Assembly: GCA_964566535.1 (NCBI GenBank) | Contig: CAZMIO010000007.1 | Location: forward strand, 1-56,808 | Source: an uncultured Methanosarcinales archaeon | GTDB taxonomy: Archaea; Nanobdellota; Nanobdellia; Woesearchaeales; CAZOXR01 | Reading direction: 5' to 3' | DNA: 56,808 bases | Shown here: in pieces, positions 36,391 to 45,794 of the stretch | How positions within the stretch are numbered: the stretch's first letter is position 1 | Layout: each line of letters starts with the position of its first letter | Position numbers and translations under genes: made by a program | Notes under the pieces: model-generated | What the model was told of the DNA's origin: nothing | Databases searched by the model: none | What the model saw: the letters and a program-made list of their open reading frames with translations, nothing else

Positions 36391-37636
36391 GTTCGGGGAA
36401 TTGACTCCTGAGATGGAGGCTGTTGCTAGTGATGAAGGTATTAAAGCAAAGCAATTAGTTAAAGCTATTGGTGAAGGGAGAGTTGTTATTCCTTTGAATA
36501 ATCAACATAGGGGTTTGAAACCAATTGGTATTGGTGAGGGCCTTCGGACTAAGATTAATGCTAATATAGGGTCTTCTCCTACTAAGGCTGATGTAGGCTA
36601 TGAACTTGAGAAACTGAAGGCTGCTGAAGATGCTGGTGCGGATACTATCATGGACCTTAGTACTGGCGGAGATATTGATAACATTCGGAGAGAGATAATT
36701 AAGAATTCTAAGATTCCTGTTGGAACTGTTCCTATCTATCAAGCTATAATTGAGAAGGATAGTGTTGTTGATCTGACTGCCGAGGATATGATAAGAGGTA
36801 TAAAGAAGCATGTTGAGGATGGTGTTGATTTCATTACTATTCATTCTGGTGTTAAGAGAGACTTTACTAAGTTAATTAAGAAAAGATTGATGGGTGTTGT
36901 GAGCAGAGGAGGTTCATTTTTGATGAAGTGGATGGAACATAACAGACAGGAAAATCCACTTTACGAACACTTTGATAAGGTTCTTCATTTAGCTTCCAAG
37001 TATGATGTTACATTGAGCTTAGGAGATGGTCTTCGGCCTGGATGTTTGAAGGATGCAACCGATAAAGCGCAGTTGTCTGAGCTTAAAGTATTAGGGGAAT
37101 TGGCTAAGAAGGCTTTTGATGAGGGTGTTCAAGTTATAGTGGAAGGTCCAGGACATGTTCCAATTGACCAGATAAAGATGAATATTGATCTTCAGAAAAA
37201 AGAATGTAATAATGCTCCGTTTTATGTTTTAGGTCCGTTAGTTACAGATATTGCTCCTGGTTATGACCATATAACTTCAGCTATTGGTGGAGCAATTGCT
37301 GCGTCTGCTGGTGCTGATTACTTATGTTATGTTAGTCCTGCTGAACATTTAGGATTGCCTGATGTTGATGATGTTAAGGTAGGGGTTATTTCTTCTAAGA
37401 TTGCTGCTCATGCTGCAGATATTGCAAAAGGAATTCCTGGTGCAAGGTTTGTTGATGATGAGATGGCAAAGGCTAGGGCTAGGCTTGATTGGGACGAGAT
37501 GTATAGGTTGTCTTTAGATCCTACCACTGCTAAGAAGATTAGGGAGAAGTGTTCTCCTACTGATTCTGAAACATGTTCTATGTGTGATAAATTTTGTTCA
37601 GTTAAAATCAATCAAGAACTGAAAGATGGAAAATAA
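36368..37636 (+). CDS. thiC: Phosphomethylpyrimidine synthase
   Basis: KINANIG, MDLSTGG, SRGGS, EGPGH, GYDH and C-terminal CSMCDKFC motifs. Confidence 0.97.
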   Translation: MTILGKAKFGELTPEMEAVASDEGIKAKQLVKAIGEGRVVIPLNNQHRGLKPIGIGEGLRTKINANIGSSPTKADVGYELEKLKAAEDAGADTIMDLSTGGDIDNIRREIIKNSKIPVGTVPIYQAIIEKDSVVDLTAEDMIRGIKKHVEDGVDFITIHSGVKRDFTKLIKKRLMGVVSRGGSFLMKWMEHNRQENPLYEHFDKVLHLASKYDVTLSLGDGLRPGCLKDATDKAQLSELKVLGELAKKAFDEGVQVIVEGPGHVPIDQIKMNIDLQKKECNNAPFYVLGPLVTDIAPGYDHITSAIGGAIAASAGADYLCYVSPAEHLGLPDVDDVKVGVISSKIAAHAADIAKGIPGARFVDDEMAKARARLDWDEMYRLSLDPTTAKKIREKCSPTDSETCSMCDKFCSVKINQELKDGK

Positions 37637-37886
37637 GCTCAAAGAATTGGTTTTGCTTAATAGGAAAAAGATTGGTGAGGATGAGTTGTTTAACTTTCTT
37701 CTTGATCATATTGGGAAGCACATTGATGAGGTTAAGGAGCTGAAAAGTAAAGATGATCCTCATTTTTATAAGGAAGTTGCTGACCTTTATTTATTGGGTT
37801 ATATGCTGATGTTAAATGAAAATGTTAATAAAGAAGTAGTTGAAGAGAGAATTAAGAAGATAGAAGGGAAGATAAATGAAAATTAA
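37626..37886 (+). CDS. Small MazG/HisE-like all-alpha pyrophosphatase-fold protein
   Basis: 86 aa; HIDEVKE...KEVADL resembles the MazG-like ExxE...ExxD metal motif; overlaps thiC and thiL. Confidence 0.55.
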   Translation: MENKLKELVLLNRKKIGEDELFNFLLDHIGKHIDEVKELKSKDDPHFYKEVADLYLLGYMLMLNENVNKEVVEERIKKIEGKINEN

Positions 37887-38823
37887 AGATATAGGTGGGG
37901 AGTTTGCACTGATTAAGAGGATAGCTCAAAAAGTTAGAGATAAGAATGTTAAAGTTGGTATTGGGGATGATTGTGCTGTTCTTTCTGTTGGTGGGAAGCT
38001 GTTAGTTATTACTACAGATACTTTGGTTGAGAATGATCATTTTTCTTTGAAGTGGTTTAATCCGGAGCAGATTGGGATGAAGGCTGTTGAGATAAATGCT
38101 TCTGATGTTGGTTCAATGGGCGGGAAGCCGAAGTATGCTTTGGTTTCTCTTGTTTTGACGAATGATACTAAAGTTGAGTTTATTGACGATTTGTATAAAG
38201 GGATGAGGGCTTCTGGTAGGAAGCATGGCATTGAGATAATTGGTGGTAATATAACTCATGGTCGCGAATTGGTTATTGACATCTGCATGATTGGTGAAGT
38301 TGCTAAAAAGGATTTGAAGTTGAGGTCTAGTGCTAAGGTTGGAGATTATATTTTAGTTAGCGGTCCGCTTGGTGGGTCTACTGCTGGTTTGAAATTGTTT
38401 TTGAAGGGAATTGGAGGACATTCTGCTGTTAAGAAGAAGCATGTTTTGCCTAAGGCTAATTATTCTAAGGTTAAGGGATTTTTGAGTAAGATAAATGCAA
38501 TGATTGATGTTTCAGATGGTTTAGGTTCTGAAGTTACTCGGATTTGTGAGCAGAGTAAGGTTGGTGCTGTGATTTTTAAGGATAATGTTCCTATTTCGGA
38601 TGAGGTAAAAGGTGCTGCTCATGTTTTGGGTCATGATGCTTTGGATTATGCACTTTTTGGTGGAGAGGATTTTGAATTGGTTTATACTGTTTCTGAGAAG
38701 AATCTTTCTAAGGTTAAGGGCTATTTGGTTGGGCAGATAACTAAGAAGAAAGGTGTTAGGGTTTTTTCTAATGGTAAGGAGAAGAAGTTATCTGGTCATG
38801 GGTATGATCATTTTAAGTTATAA
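37876..38823 (+). CDS. thiL: Thiamine-monophosphate kinase
   Basis: GEFALI, GIGDDCA, NASDVGSMGG, IDVSDGL and GGEDFEL motifs. Confidence 0.96.
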   Translation: MKIKDIGGEFALIKRIAQKVRDKNVKVGIGDDCAVLSVGGKLLVITTDTLVENDHFSLKWFNPEQIGMKAVEINASDVGSMGGKPKYALVSLVLTNDTKVEFIDDLYKGMRASGRKHGIEIIGGNITHGRELVIDICMIGEVAKKDLKLRSSAKVGDYILVSGPLGGSTAGLKLFLKGIGGHSAVKKKHVLPKANYSKVKGFLSKINAMIDVSDGLGSEVTRICEQSKVGAVIFKDNVPISDEVKGAAHVLGHDALDYALFGGEDFELVYTVSEKNLSKVKGYLVGQITKKKGVRVFSNGKEKKLSGHGYDHFKL

Positions 38824-39432
38824 GTTTATTATTTTAGCCGTTTTTATTGATTCTGATTCTAACTTTTTTATGTCTAGCTTGTTTTCTTCTACTCGTACTG
38901 CTTCTAGTCTTGCCTTTGTTGCTGGATTTGGGGGTACTGATCTGCAGCAGATGGATGGTTCGATTGAGATTTCGTAAGTTCCGATTTCTTTTGCCAAATC
39001 CATTGTTTCTTGTTTGTCGTTGCAGAGTAATGGTCTTAGGATGGGAAGAGATGTTGCGTCAGTTACTGTTATTAGATTGTCTAGGGTTTGGGAAGCAACT
39101 TGCCCTAGGTTTTCTCCTGTTATTAGGAAGTCGCATTTTTCTTTTTTTGCTACTTTTTCTGCTATTCTGAACATGAATCTTCTGCATAGTATGCAGTTGT
39201 ACTTTCTTGTTGTGTTTTTGATAGATTCTAATTGGTTTTTTCCGTGCTCTATTATGTATAGTTTTTTTATTCCTAATTTTTTAAGAAGGCGCTTTGTTTT
39301 TTCTAATGGTCTGAAATCTGTTAAAGGGCGGTTGTCGAAGTGTATTGCTACCATTTCTACATTACGCTTCTTCATCAGGTAAGCTGCTACTGGTGAGTCT
39401 ATTCCTGAACTGATTAATAATAGGCCTTTCAT
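38818..39432 (-). CDS. thiI: ThiI-like PP-loop sulfurtransferase, catalytic domain only
   Basis: SSGIDSPVA, CILC, TGENLGQVASQT, RPL and IGTYEIS...CC motifs; no N-terminal THUMP domain. Confidence 0.85.
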   Translation of the reverse strand: MKGLLLISSGIDSPVAAYLMKKRNVEMVAIHFDNRPLTDFRPLEKTKRLLKKLGIKKLYIIEHGKNQLESIKNTTRKYNCILCRRFMFRIAEKVAKKEKCDFLITGENLGQVASQTLDNLITVTDATSLPILRPLLCNDKQETMDLAKEIGTYEISIEPSICCRSVPPNPATKARLEAVRVEENKLDIKKLESESIKTAKIINL

Positions 39433-39509
39433 GTTGTTTTAGGGGTTTTTGATAGTTTATATTACTTTCTTAACGGTTTATAATTTAAAACCAAAAGATT
39501 TATAAACTA

Positions 39510-39531
39510 CATATGATACATAATTCATATG
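39510..39531. promoter_or_regulatory. Probable ArsR/SmtB-type operator
   Basis: Inverted repeat CATATGA-N8-TCATATG between the TATA box (TTTATAAA) and the arsR start codon. Confidence 0.6.
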
Positions 39532-39831
39532 AAATGTGAATCATACTTTAGGTTTTTTGAGACAGTATCTGGTAAATTGAGATGGAGTATACTTAGTTTG
39601 CTAGAGAATGGGCCGATGAGTGTTAATGAGATTAGTGAAGGTTTGAATGAGGAACAGAGTAAGATATCTCACAATCTAAGAAATTTAGCTGAATGTCATT
39701 TTTTAGATGTTAAGCAAGATGGTAAGAAAAGGATTTATTCGCTGAATAAGGAAACGATTGTTCCTTTGATGAAATTAGTTGAAAAACATGTTGAAAAATA
39801 TTGTACAGATTTTTGCAAGGTGGAAAAATGA
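39529..39831 (+). CDS. ArsR/SmtB family transcriptional regulator
   Basis: wHTH: LRWSILSLL...SVNEISE...QSKISHNLRNL...GKKRIYSL; several Cys residues. Confidence 0.92.
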   Translation: MKCESYFRFFETVSGKLRWSILSLLENGPMSVNEISEGLNEEQSKISHNLRNLAECHFLDVKQDGKKRIYSLNKETIVPLMKLVEKHVEKYCTDFCKVEK

Positions 39832-40982
39832 AGTGTTATATGGATCATGCGGCAACAACACCAGTCGATAAGGAAGTGGTAAATGTTATGTTACCTTATT
39901 TTTCTGAGAAGTTTGGCAATTCTTCGAGCTTACATCAATGGGGGCAGGAAGCTAAGGAAGCTTTGGAGAGTGCTAGGGATGAATGCGCTAAATTGATTGG
40001 TGCTGATGCTAAGGAGATTGTGTTTACTTCTGGCGGTTCGGAATCTGATAATTTGGCACTTAAAGGAGTGTTAGGTGCTAATCCAAAGAAGAATCATATT
40101 GTTACTAGTGCCATTGAGCATCATGCTATACATACAACTTCTAAGGAATTGGAGAAGGAAGGTTTTAAAGTTACGTTCGTTCCAGTCGATAAATACGGAA
40201 TGGTTAGTGTTTCTGATGTTTCTAATGCTATAACTGAGAAAACAGCAATTGTTTCTATAATGCATGCTAATAATGAGATTGGGACTATACAGCCAATTGA
40301 AGAGATTGGTAAGGTGTGTAAGCAGAAAGGGGTTAAGTTCCATACAGATGCAGTACAGAGTGTTGGAAAAATTCCTGTTGATGTTGAGAAGTTAAATGTT
40401 GATTTACTTAGTGCTTCGGGTCATAAGATATATGGCCCTAAGGGTGTTGGATTTTTGTATATTAAGAGAGGAACTAAAGTTAAGGCCTTGATACAAGGTG
40501 GAGGCCATGAATTTGGCCTACGAGCTGGAACTGAGAATATTTCAGGTATTGTTGGACTTGGTAAAGCTTGTGAGATTGCTCGGAAAGGAATGGTTAAGGA
40601 AGGTGAAAGGTTGACTAAACTGAGTAAATATCTTGTTGATAAGATGATGGGAGAGATTGGAGATTCTTATCTTAATGGTCACCCTACGAAAAGGATTCCA
40701 GGAACTAATAATTTTAGATTTGATTATATTGAAGGAGAGGCTTTGATATTACATATGGATATGAAAGGAATTGCCGCTTCAACTGGTTCTGCTTGTTCAA
40801 CTAAGTCTCTTGAACCTAGTTATGTTTTGACTTCTCTTGGACTTGAACATGTACAAGCGCATGGATCGTTGAGGTTATCTTTAGGTAAGATCAATAATAA
40901 AGAACAAGTTGATTATGTTGTTGAAAGTGTTAAGGAGATTGTTGAAAATTTAAGGACTATTAGTCCCTTGAGGAAGAGGTGA
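39828..40982 (+). CDS. iscS: Cysteine desulfurase
   Basis: YMDHAATT, FTSGGSESDN, HTDAVQ, SGHKIYGPKG and STGSAC motifs. Confidence 0.96.
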   Translation: MKCYMDHAATTPVDKEVVNVMLPYFSEKFGNSSSLHQWGQEAKEALESARDECAKLIGADAKEIVFTSGGSESDNLALKGVLGANPKKNHIVTSAIEHHAIHTTSKELEKEGFKVTFVPVDKYGMVSVSDVSNAITEKTAIVSIMHANNEIGTIQPIEEIGKVCKQKGVKFHTDAVQSVGKIPVDVEKLNVDLLSASGHKIYGPKGVGFLYIKRGTKVKALIQGGGHEFGLRAGTENISGIVGLGKACEIARKGMVKEGERLTKLSKYLVDKMMGEIGDSYLNGHPTKRIPGTNNFRFDYIEGEALILHMDMKGIAASTGSACSTKSLEPSYVLTSLGLEHVQAHGSLRLSLGKINNKEQVDYVVESVKEIVENLRTISPLRKR

Positions 40983-40987
40983 TTATG

Positions 40988-41368
40988 ATGTATTCAGAAA
41001 AAGTAATGGATCATTTTAAGGTGCCTCATAATGTTGGGGAGCTAAAGGATGCTGACGGAATTGGTAAAGTTGGAAACCCTCAGTGTGGAGACTTGATGTG
41101 GATTTATATTAAAGTTAAGAAAAAAGGTAATGATGAGATCATTGAAGATATTAAGTTTAAGACTTTTGGCTGTGTAGCTGCAATTGCTACTAGTTCAATG
41201 GCTACTGAGCTTGCTAAAGGGATGACTTTGGAAGAAGCTAAGAAGATGACAAGGGATGATGTTAAGGATGCTCTTGAAGGATTGCCTCCAATAAAAGTTC
41301 ATTGTAGTAATCTAGCTGCTGAAGGTATTCATAAAGCTATTGAGGACTATGAGAAGAAAAAGAGATAA
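40988..41368 (+). CDS. iscU: Fe-S cluster scaffold IscU/NifU
   Basis: GNPQCGD, KTFGC and LPPIKVHCS motifs. Confidence 0.96.
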   Translation: MYSEKVMDHFKVPHNVGELKDADGIGKVGNPQCGDLMWIYIKVKKKGNDEIIEDIKFKTFGCVAAIATSSMATELAKGMTLEEAKKMTRDDVKDALEGLPPIKVHCSNLAAEGIHKAIEDYEKKKR

Positions 41369-41395
41369 TCAGTTCTATTTGTGATTTGCTTATCA

Positions 41396-43042
41396 TTACC
41401 TATATCCTCGTTCTCTTAAATTTGCATCTATATCATCTGCAGAAAACCCTAATTTTTTTGCAACTCTTTGTGCATTACTAAATGTAGAAATACCTTCAAT
41501 AAGTCCAAAAGTAGGACTACCATCAGAATCAATCTCTACCATTAAATATTGTCCTATTCCTGAAGCCCTAAATGAACTAACTGTTTCATGATCATGTGTG
41601 ACCATCATCGTATTATTACCAATTGTATGAAATCCATTTAAAATGTAGCCAGAAATAGCCTTCCTTTCTTCATCAGTTGTGCCTTCTGCAAGACCCTCAA
41701 GAACAACTAAACTCCTAGGAGTAACTTTATAAAATATTCTCATACTGTCCTCCAGTTGAACACCAAACATTCCCTCCCTGTTTTGTTGACTACCAAATTG
41801 TTGTGCTTGATAATGAATTTGATCAGCAATATTTATTTCAGCTGTTGTTGCAGCTATATAACATCCCATCTGAGCCAATAATTGACTTTGCTCAACAGTT
41901 AAACATGTATTTGTCTTACCACCACTATTCCTTCCAGTGATAAACGTTATTCCACAACCATCAAGGTGGATATTATTACCTACATATCCTGGATTTCTTT
42001 GAGCCTCAATTGGATTTTTTAAATCTGTTGCCCGAAAGTGATGTCTATCATAATCAGTCATTGTTGGAAGTACAACACTTGTATCAGCAGGAAAGCTTTT
42101 CCCGTATTCAACAAAAGACATTAGTTCATCCATCCTTCCAATACCTTCAATACCTAAAATAAACTCTGGATTACTTAATGCAAACTCTCTCAGAGGAAAT
42201 ACTGCAGAATTTTTATCAAATCCTTCCTTAAACCCAAACCCATAAAATACTGAAGCTACTGTTAAACCTAAACCAACCCAAGGTAACATTCCAATTGACC
42301 CTGATTCAATAATCCCCATTCCAAATGCACCCATCATACCTGCAAAAGGTGCAGCCATCGCAGCCTCAACCCAATTAATTGGAACTGGTCTAAATCTTAA
42401 AGATGGCTCATACCATTCCTTTTGTTGCCGGGTTTTTATTCCACTAAGTGTTCTGTGAAGTGGTCCCTCAATTAATTCATGGGTTTGTGATTCAGTTGCT
42501 CCTAAAACTGAATCAACAAGATACCTTAGATATGGTGTTTCAGGGTTAGGTATAGATTGTGCTGCTTTTTTAATAGCTTCAAATGCCTTTTTAGTTTCCC
42601 GAAATCTCGGAAATAAACCTGTTGGATCAGATGAATCAGCAATAGGCTCATATCCATCAACAAAATCAAATATAGCTGTTTCAACAGATCTAAATTCAGT
42701 TAATAAATCACTAATACCATTTCGAAGCCTATCGTCAGCTTCAAGTTCTTTAACACTTTCTTGTTTTGCAACAATAATATCTAAAGAAGTATGAGGTTGA
42801 TTTAATGTCCTATACAAAACAGCAGAACCAAAATGAGTTATAGTATGCCGAAGAGCTTGATATAATTTATCAATTTCTAATACTTGCTTTGTTCTATAAT
42901 CAACAACTTTTGAGCCTACCCTGCCCCTTAGTTTATCACTCTCAAAACTTACCCAGCGATCTTTAGATAGTATTGATTTATCAACATGCATTCCTAATAA
43001 TGGATCCCTTTCTTCTTCAATTATCTCTCTAAGTGTTCCCAT
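41396..43042 (-). CDS. MutS-related ATPase (domain V plus TM segment, no mismatch-binding domain)
   Basis: ITGRNSGGKT, LLAQMGC, SLVVL...EGT and MVTHD motifs; central hydrophobic hairpin. Confidence 0.82.
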   Translation of the reverse strand: MGTLREIIEEERDPLLGMHVDKSILSKDRWVSFESDKLRGRVGSKVVDYRTKQVLEIDKLYQALRHTITHFGSAVLYRTLNQPHTSLDIIVAKQESVKELEADDRLRNGISDLLTEFRSVETAIFDFVDGYEPIADSSDPTGLFPRFRETKKAFEAIKKAAQSIPNPETPYLRYLVDSVLGATESQTHELIEGPLHRTLSGIKTRQQKEWYEPSLRFRPVPINWVEAAMAAPFAGMMGAFGMGIIESGSIGMLPWVGLGLTVASVFYGFGFKEGFDKNSAVFPLREFALSNPEFILGIEGIGRMDELMSFVEYGKSFPADTSVVLPTMTDYDRHHFRATDLKNPIEAQRNPGYVGNNIHLDGCGITFITGRNSGGKTNTCLTVEQSQLLAQMGCYIAATTAEINIADQIHYQAQQFGSQQNREGMFGVQLEDSMRIFYKVTPRSLVVLEGLAEGTTDEERKAISGYILNGFHTIGNNTMMVTHDHETVSSFRASGIGQYLMVEIDSDGSPTFGLIEGISTFSNAQRVAKKLGFSADDIDANLRERGYR

Positions 43043-43223
43043 ACTAATAAAGAATTATAAACATTTTATAAATTTATTTACAATTACTACTTTTTAAGAG
43101 TTAATGTTCTATAATAAAACCTCGTTATAATCATATTTTCTCGTTTACACTCGTAAACATAACAATATTTATAAATCGAATTGGAATTCTTAATTGATAA
43201 CATTATATATAGGAGGGTTTACA

Positions 43224-44728
43224 ATGGAAGAACATTCTGAAAAAAAGGAACATCATACTGAACATAAGGAGCATCATGCACATTCTGAGCATCATAAAGA
43301 GCCAGAACATCATGAGCATAAGAAAGAAGAACATTCTGAACATAAGGAGCATCATGCACATTCTGAGCATCATAAAGAGCCAGAACATCANNNNNNNNNN
43401 NNNNNNNNNNNNNNNNNNNNNNNNNNNNNNNNNNNNNNNNNNNNNNNNNNNNNNNNNNNNNNNNNNNNNNNNNNNNNNNNNNNNNNNNNNCTGAACATAA
43501 GGAGCATCATGCACATTCTGAGCATCATAAAGAGCCAGAACATCATGAGCATAAGAAAGAAGAACATTCTGAACATAAAGTTCATGAGCACAAGGAAGCT
43601 TCACATGAACATCATAAGAAGCCAGAACATCATGAACCTAAGGTCCATCATGAGCATAAGGAAGTTAAGCATGAAGCAAAGGGATTTAATGGTTGGAAAG
43701 CTCTTAGCGGACTATTGATCTTATTATTGATATTTTCTATTTATACTGGTGGATTTAAATTTGGAGGTTCAAGCGGGGATGGTATGTCGAAAGATGCTGC
43801 TTCTGCAAAGGCTTTAACATTTATTAAAGGTAATTTAGTTCCTCCTGGAACTGATGTTGAGCTTCAAAGTGTTGATGAGAAAGGTAATGTTTATCTTTTG
43901 AATGTGAACATTGATGGTAGTCCATACGAGTCGTTTATTACAAAGGATGGAAGTTATTTATTCCCTGGTGGATTGAATATAGATGAGATACCTATACAAG
44001 ACGTAGTTGGAGGCGATGAGCCAGGTATACAACCTGAGTCTCCTGTAGATATGACTGAATTGGCTGATGATGATGCAGTTAAAGGGGATGAAAATGCCCC
44101 AGTTACAATTGTAGAGTTTAGTGATTTTGAATGTCCTTATTGTGGAAGGTTCTTTAAGGAAACCTTACCTTTAATTGATGAAAAATATATTAAAACTGGA
44201 AAGGTTAAGTTAGTTTACAGAGATTATCCACTTCCCAACCATCCGTTTGCTCAGAAAGCTGCTGAAGCTGCAGAGTGTGCTGGTGAACAAGACAAATTCT
44301 ATGAGATGCACGATAAGTTGTTCATAGAAGGTGTTAGTGGAGGAGTAGATGATTATAAGAAATATGCTGCTGACATTGGACTAGATACCGATGTTTTTGA
44401 TGCATGTCTTGACAACGGGGTAATGGCTGGAGAAATTCAAGTCGATCTAAGGGACGGTGATAGTGCTGGTATAAGCGGAACTCCTGGATTTATCATCAAT
44501 GGAGAAATTGTCTCTGGTGCACAGCCTTTTGAAGTTTTTGAACAGATAATTGAAGAGAAACTTTTAGCTGCAGGAAATTTGGCTGGTGTAACTGGTGATG
44601 TAGTTGCAGTGACTAGTGAAGGGGCAACTGATGAAGCAGTGAGTGTAGAAGTTTTGGGAACTGATGATGGTGAAGAAAGTTCAGAAACTGATAGTGATGA
44701 CGAAGAAACTTCAACTGATAGTATCTAA
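43224..44728 (+). CDS. DsbA/thioredoxin-like protein with long His/Glu/Lys-rich N-terminal repeat
   Basis: SD GGAGG plus ATG at 43224; the post-gap repeat is in frame with the 43715 ORF; EFSDFECPYC, RDYPL, GTPGF and GAQPF motifs. The split in the ORF track is caused by the N gap. Confidence 0.85.
43258..43579 (+). repeat. 78-nt coding tandem repeat (EHKEHHAHSEHHKEPEHHEHKKEEHS)
   Basis: Units start at 43258, 43336, 43491 and 43569 (partial), spanning the gap at 43391-43490. Confidence 0.9.
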
Positions 44729-45715
44729 GATTTCGTGAGAATCTTTTTTATTTATTTTTATTTTTGTTGTTAAGATAGTGTTCCAATATTCTTTCTCGTT
44801 GTTTGATACTCTTGCGAACTTATCTGCCTCTATTAAGGCATAAGGATAGCCTAGGAAGATGGGATCTTTTGAGTTTTGCTTTAGGAGAGTTAAGATTTCG
44901 TTAATATTTGGTGATTGTGCTTTGTAAACTTCGAATCTGAAGATGTGTTTTGAAAGGGAATGTAGTTTTGTGAAGAAAATATTTGCTTGGTGATCTTGAT
45001 GTTCTGATTCTACAATTGGATGGTAATACCATGTTTCTTTTGGTTCTAAGAGGGAGAGTGTGTTGGTTAGTGAGTTGCCTTTTTCTGTTAGAAGAGTAGT
45101 TGATTTGCAAAGGCCTGTGATTATGGTGTTTTGTTCTATTGCTTTTTTGTAGAGGGCGTTGAAGTAATTGATTTCGTTTGTAACTGATGATTGTAGTGAG
45201 CCGTCTAAGACGATTATGTCTGTTTTGTCTGTTATTGTTTCTGCTAGGTGTAGTTCTGCAAATCTTCTTATTGTTTCTCCGATTTTTGAGATGTTTACTG
45301 TATGTCTGCCTTCGCTTAAGGTGTTATCGTGTATATCGAATTCTGGGTTTGATGGTAGGAGTTCTTTATTGAAGATTGAGGTTTGGTAAGATAGTTGATT
45401 GTTGCCTTTTTTTGAGTTGACTAGGATGAAGGATTCTATTTTTTTTGATTCAATTCGTTTGTTGTTTTGGTAGATTGTATAGTAGACTCTTATTAGTTGT
45501 AGGGAGATATTTGCTGTCTTTAGGATTTCTGAGTTTCCGCCATCTATGAATGCGATTTTTTTGTTTGAGTCTGTTTGGGTTATTTTTTTGAAGTTTTCTT
45601 TTTTTATTTCGAATGTTTTGTAGCGTTTGTCTGAGAAGTAGGGTTTGTCTGGAAGTAGTGATTCTGTGTTTGGCGTTAGGTGATTTTTTATGCTATTGAT
45701 GATTTCTTCGTTCAT
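44711..45715 (-). CDS. nurA: NurA-family nuclease
   Basis: AFIDGGN, IRRFAE, VLDGSL, GLCKST and GYPYALIEADKFARV motifs. Confidence 0.88.
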   Translation of the reverse strand: MNEEIINSIKNHLTPNTESLLPDKPYFSDKRYKTFEIKKENFKKITQTDSNKKIAFIDGGNSEILKTANISLQLIRVYYTIYQNNKRIESKKIESFILVNSKKGNNQLSYQTSIFNKELLPSNPEFDIHDNTLSEGRHTVNISKIGETIRRFAELHLAETITDKTDIIVLDGSLQSSVTNEINYFNALYKKAIEQNTIITGLCKSTTLLTEKGNSLTNTLSLLEPKETWYYHPIVESEHQDHQANIFFTKLHSLSKHIFRFEVYKAQSPNINEILTLLKQNSKDPIFLGYPYALIEADKFARVSNNEKEYWNTILTTKIKINKKDSHEILDTIS

Positions 45716-45794
45716 AGTTTATTGGATTGTTATTGGTTTTTTATATTTTGTTATTAATAACTTTTATATAGGTTAATTGTTTCCTTTGCTTACT

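Noticed and set aside
43258..43579. Possible CRISPR-like repeat array
   Set aside because: Contiguous 78-nt in-frame coding repeats with no unique spacers and no cas genes.
43194..43718. Separate 174-aa ORF or apparent frameshift upstream of DsbA
   Set aside because: The frame change is an artefact of the arbitrary 100-N gap; the post-gap repeat is in frame with DsbA.
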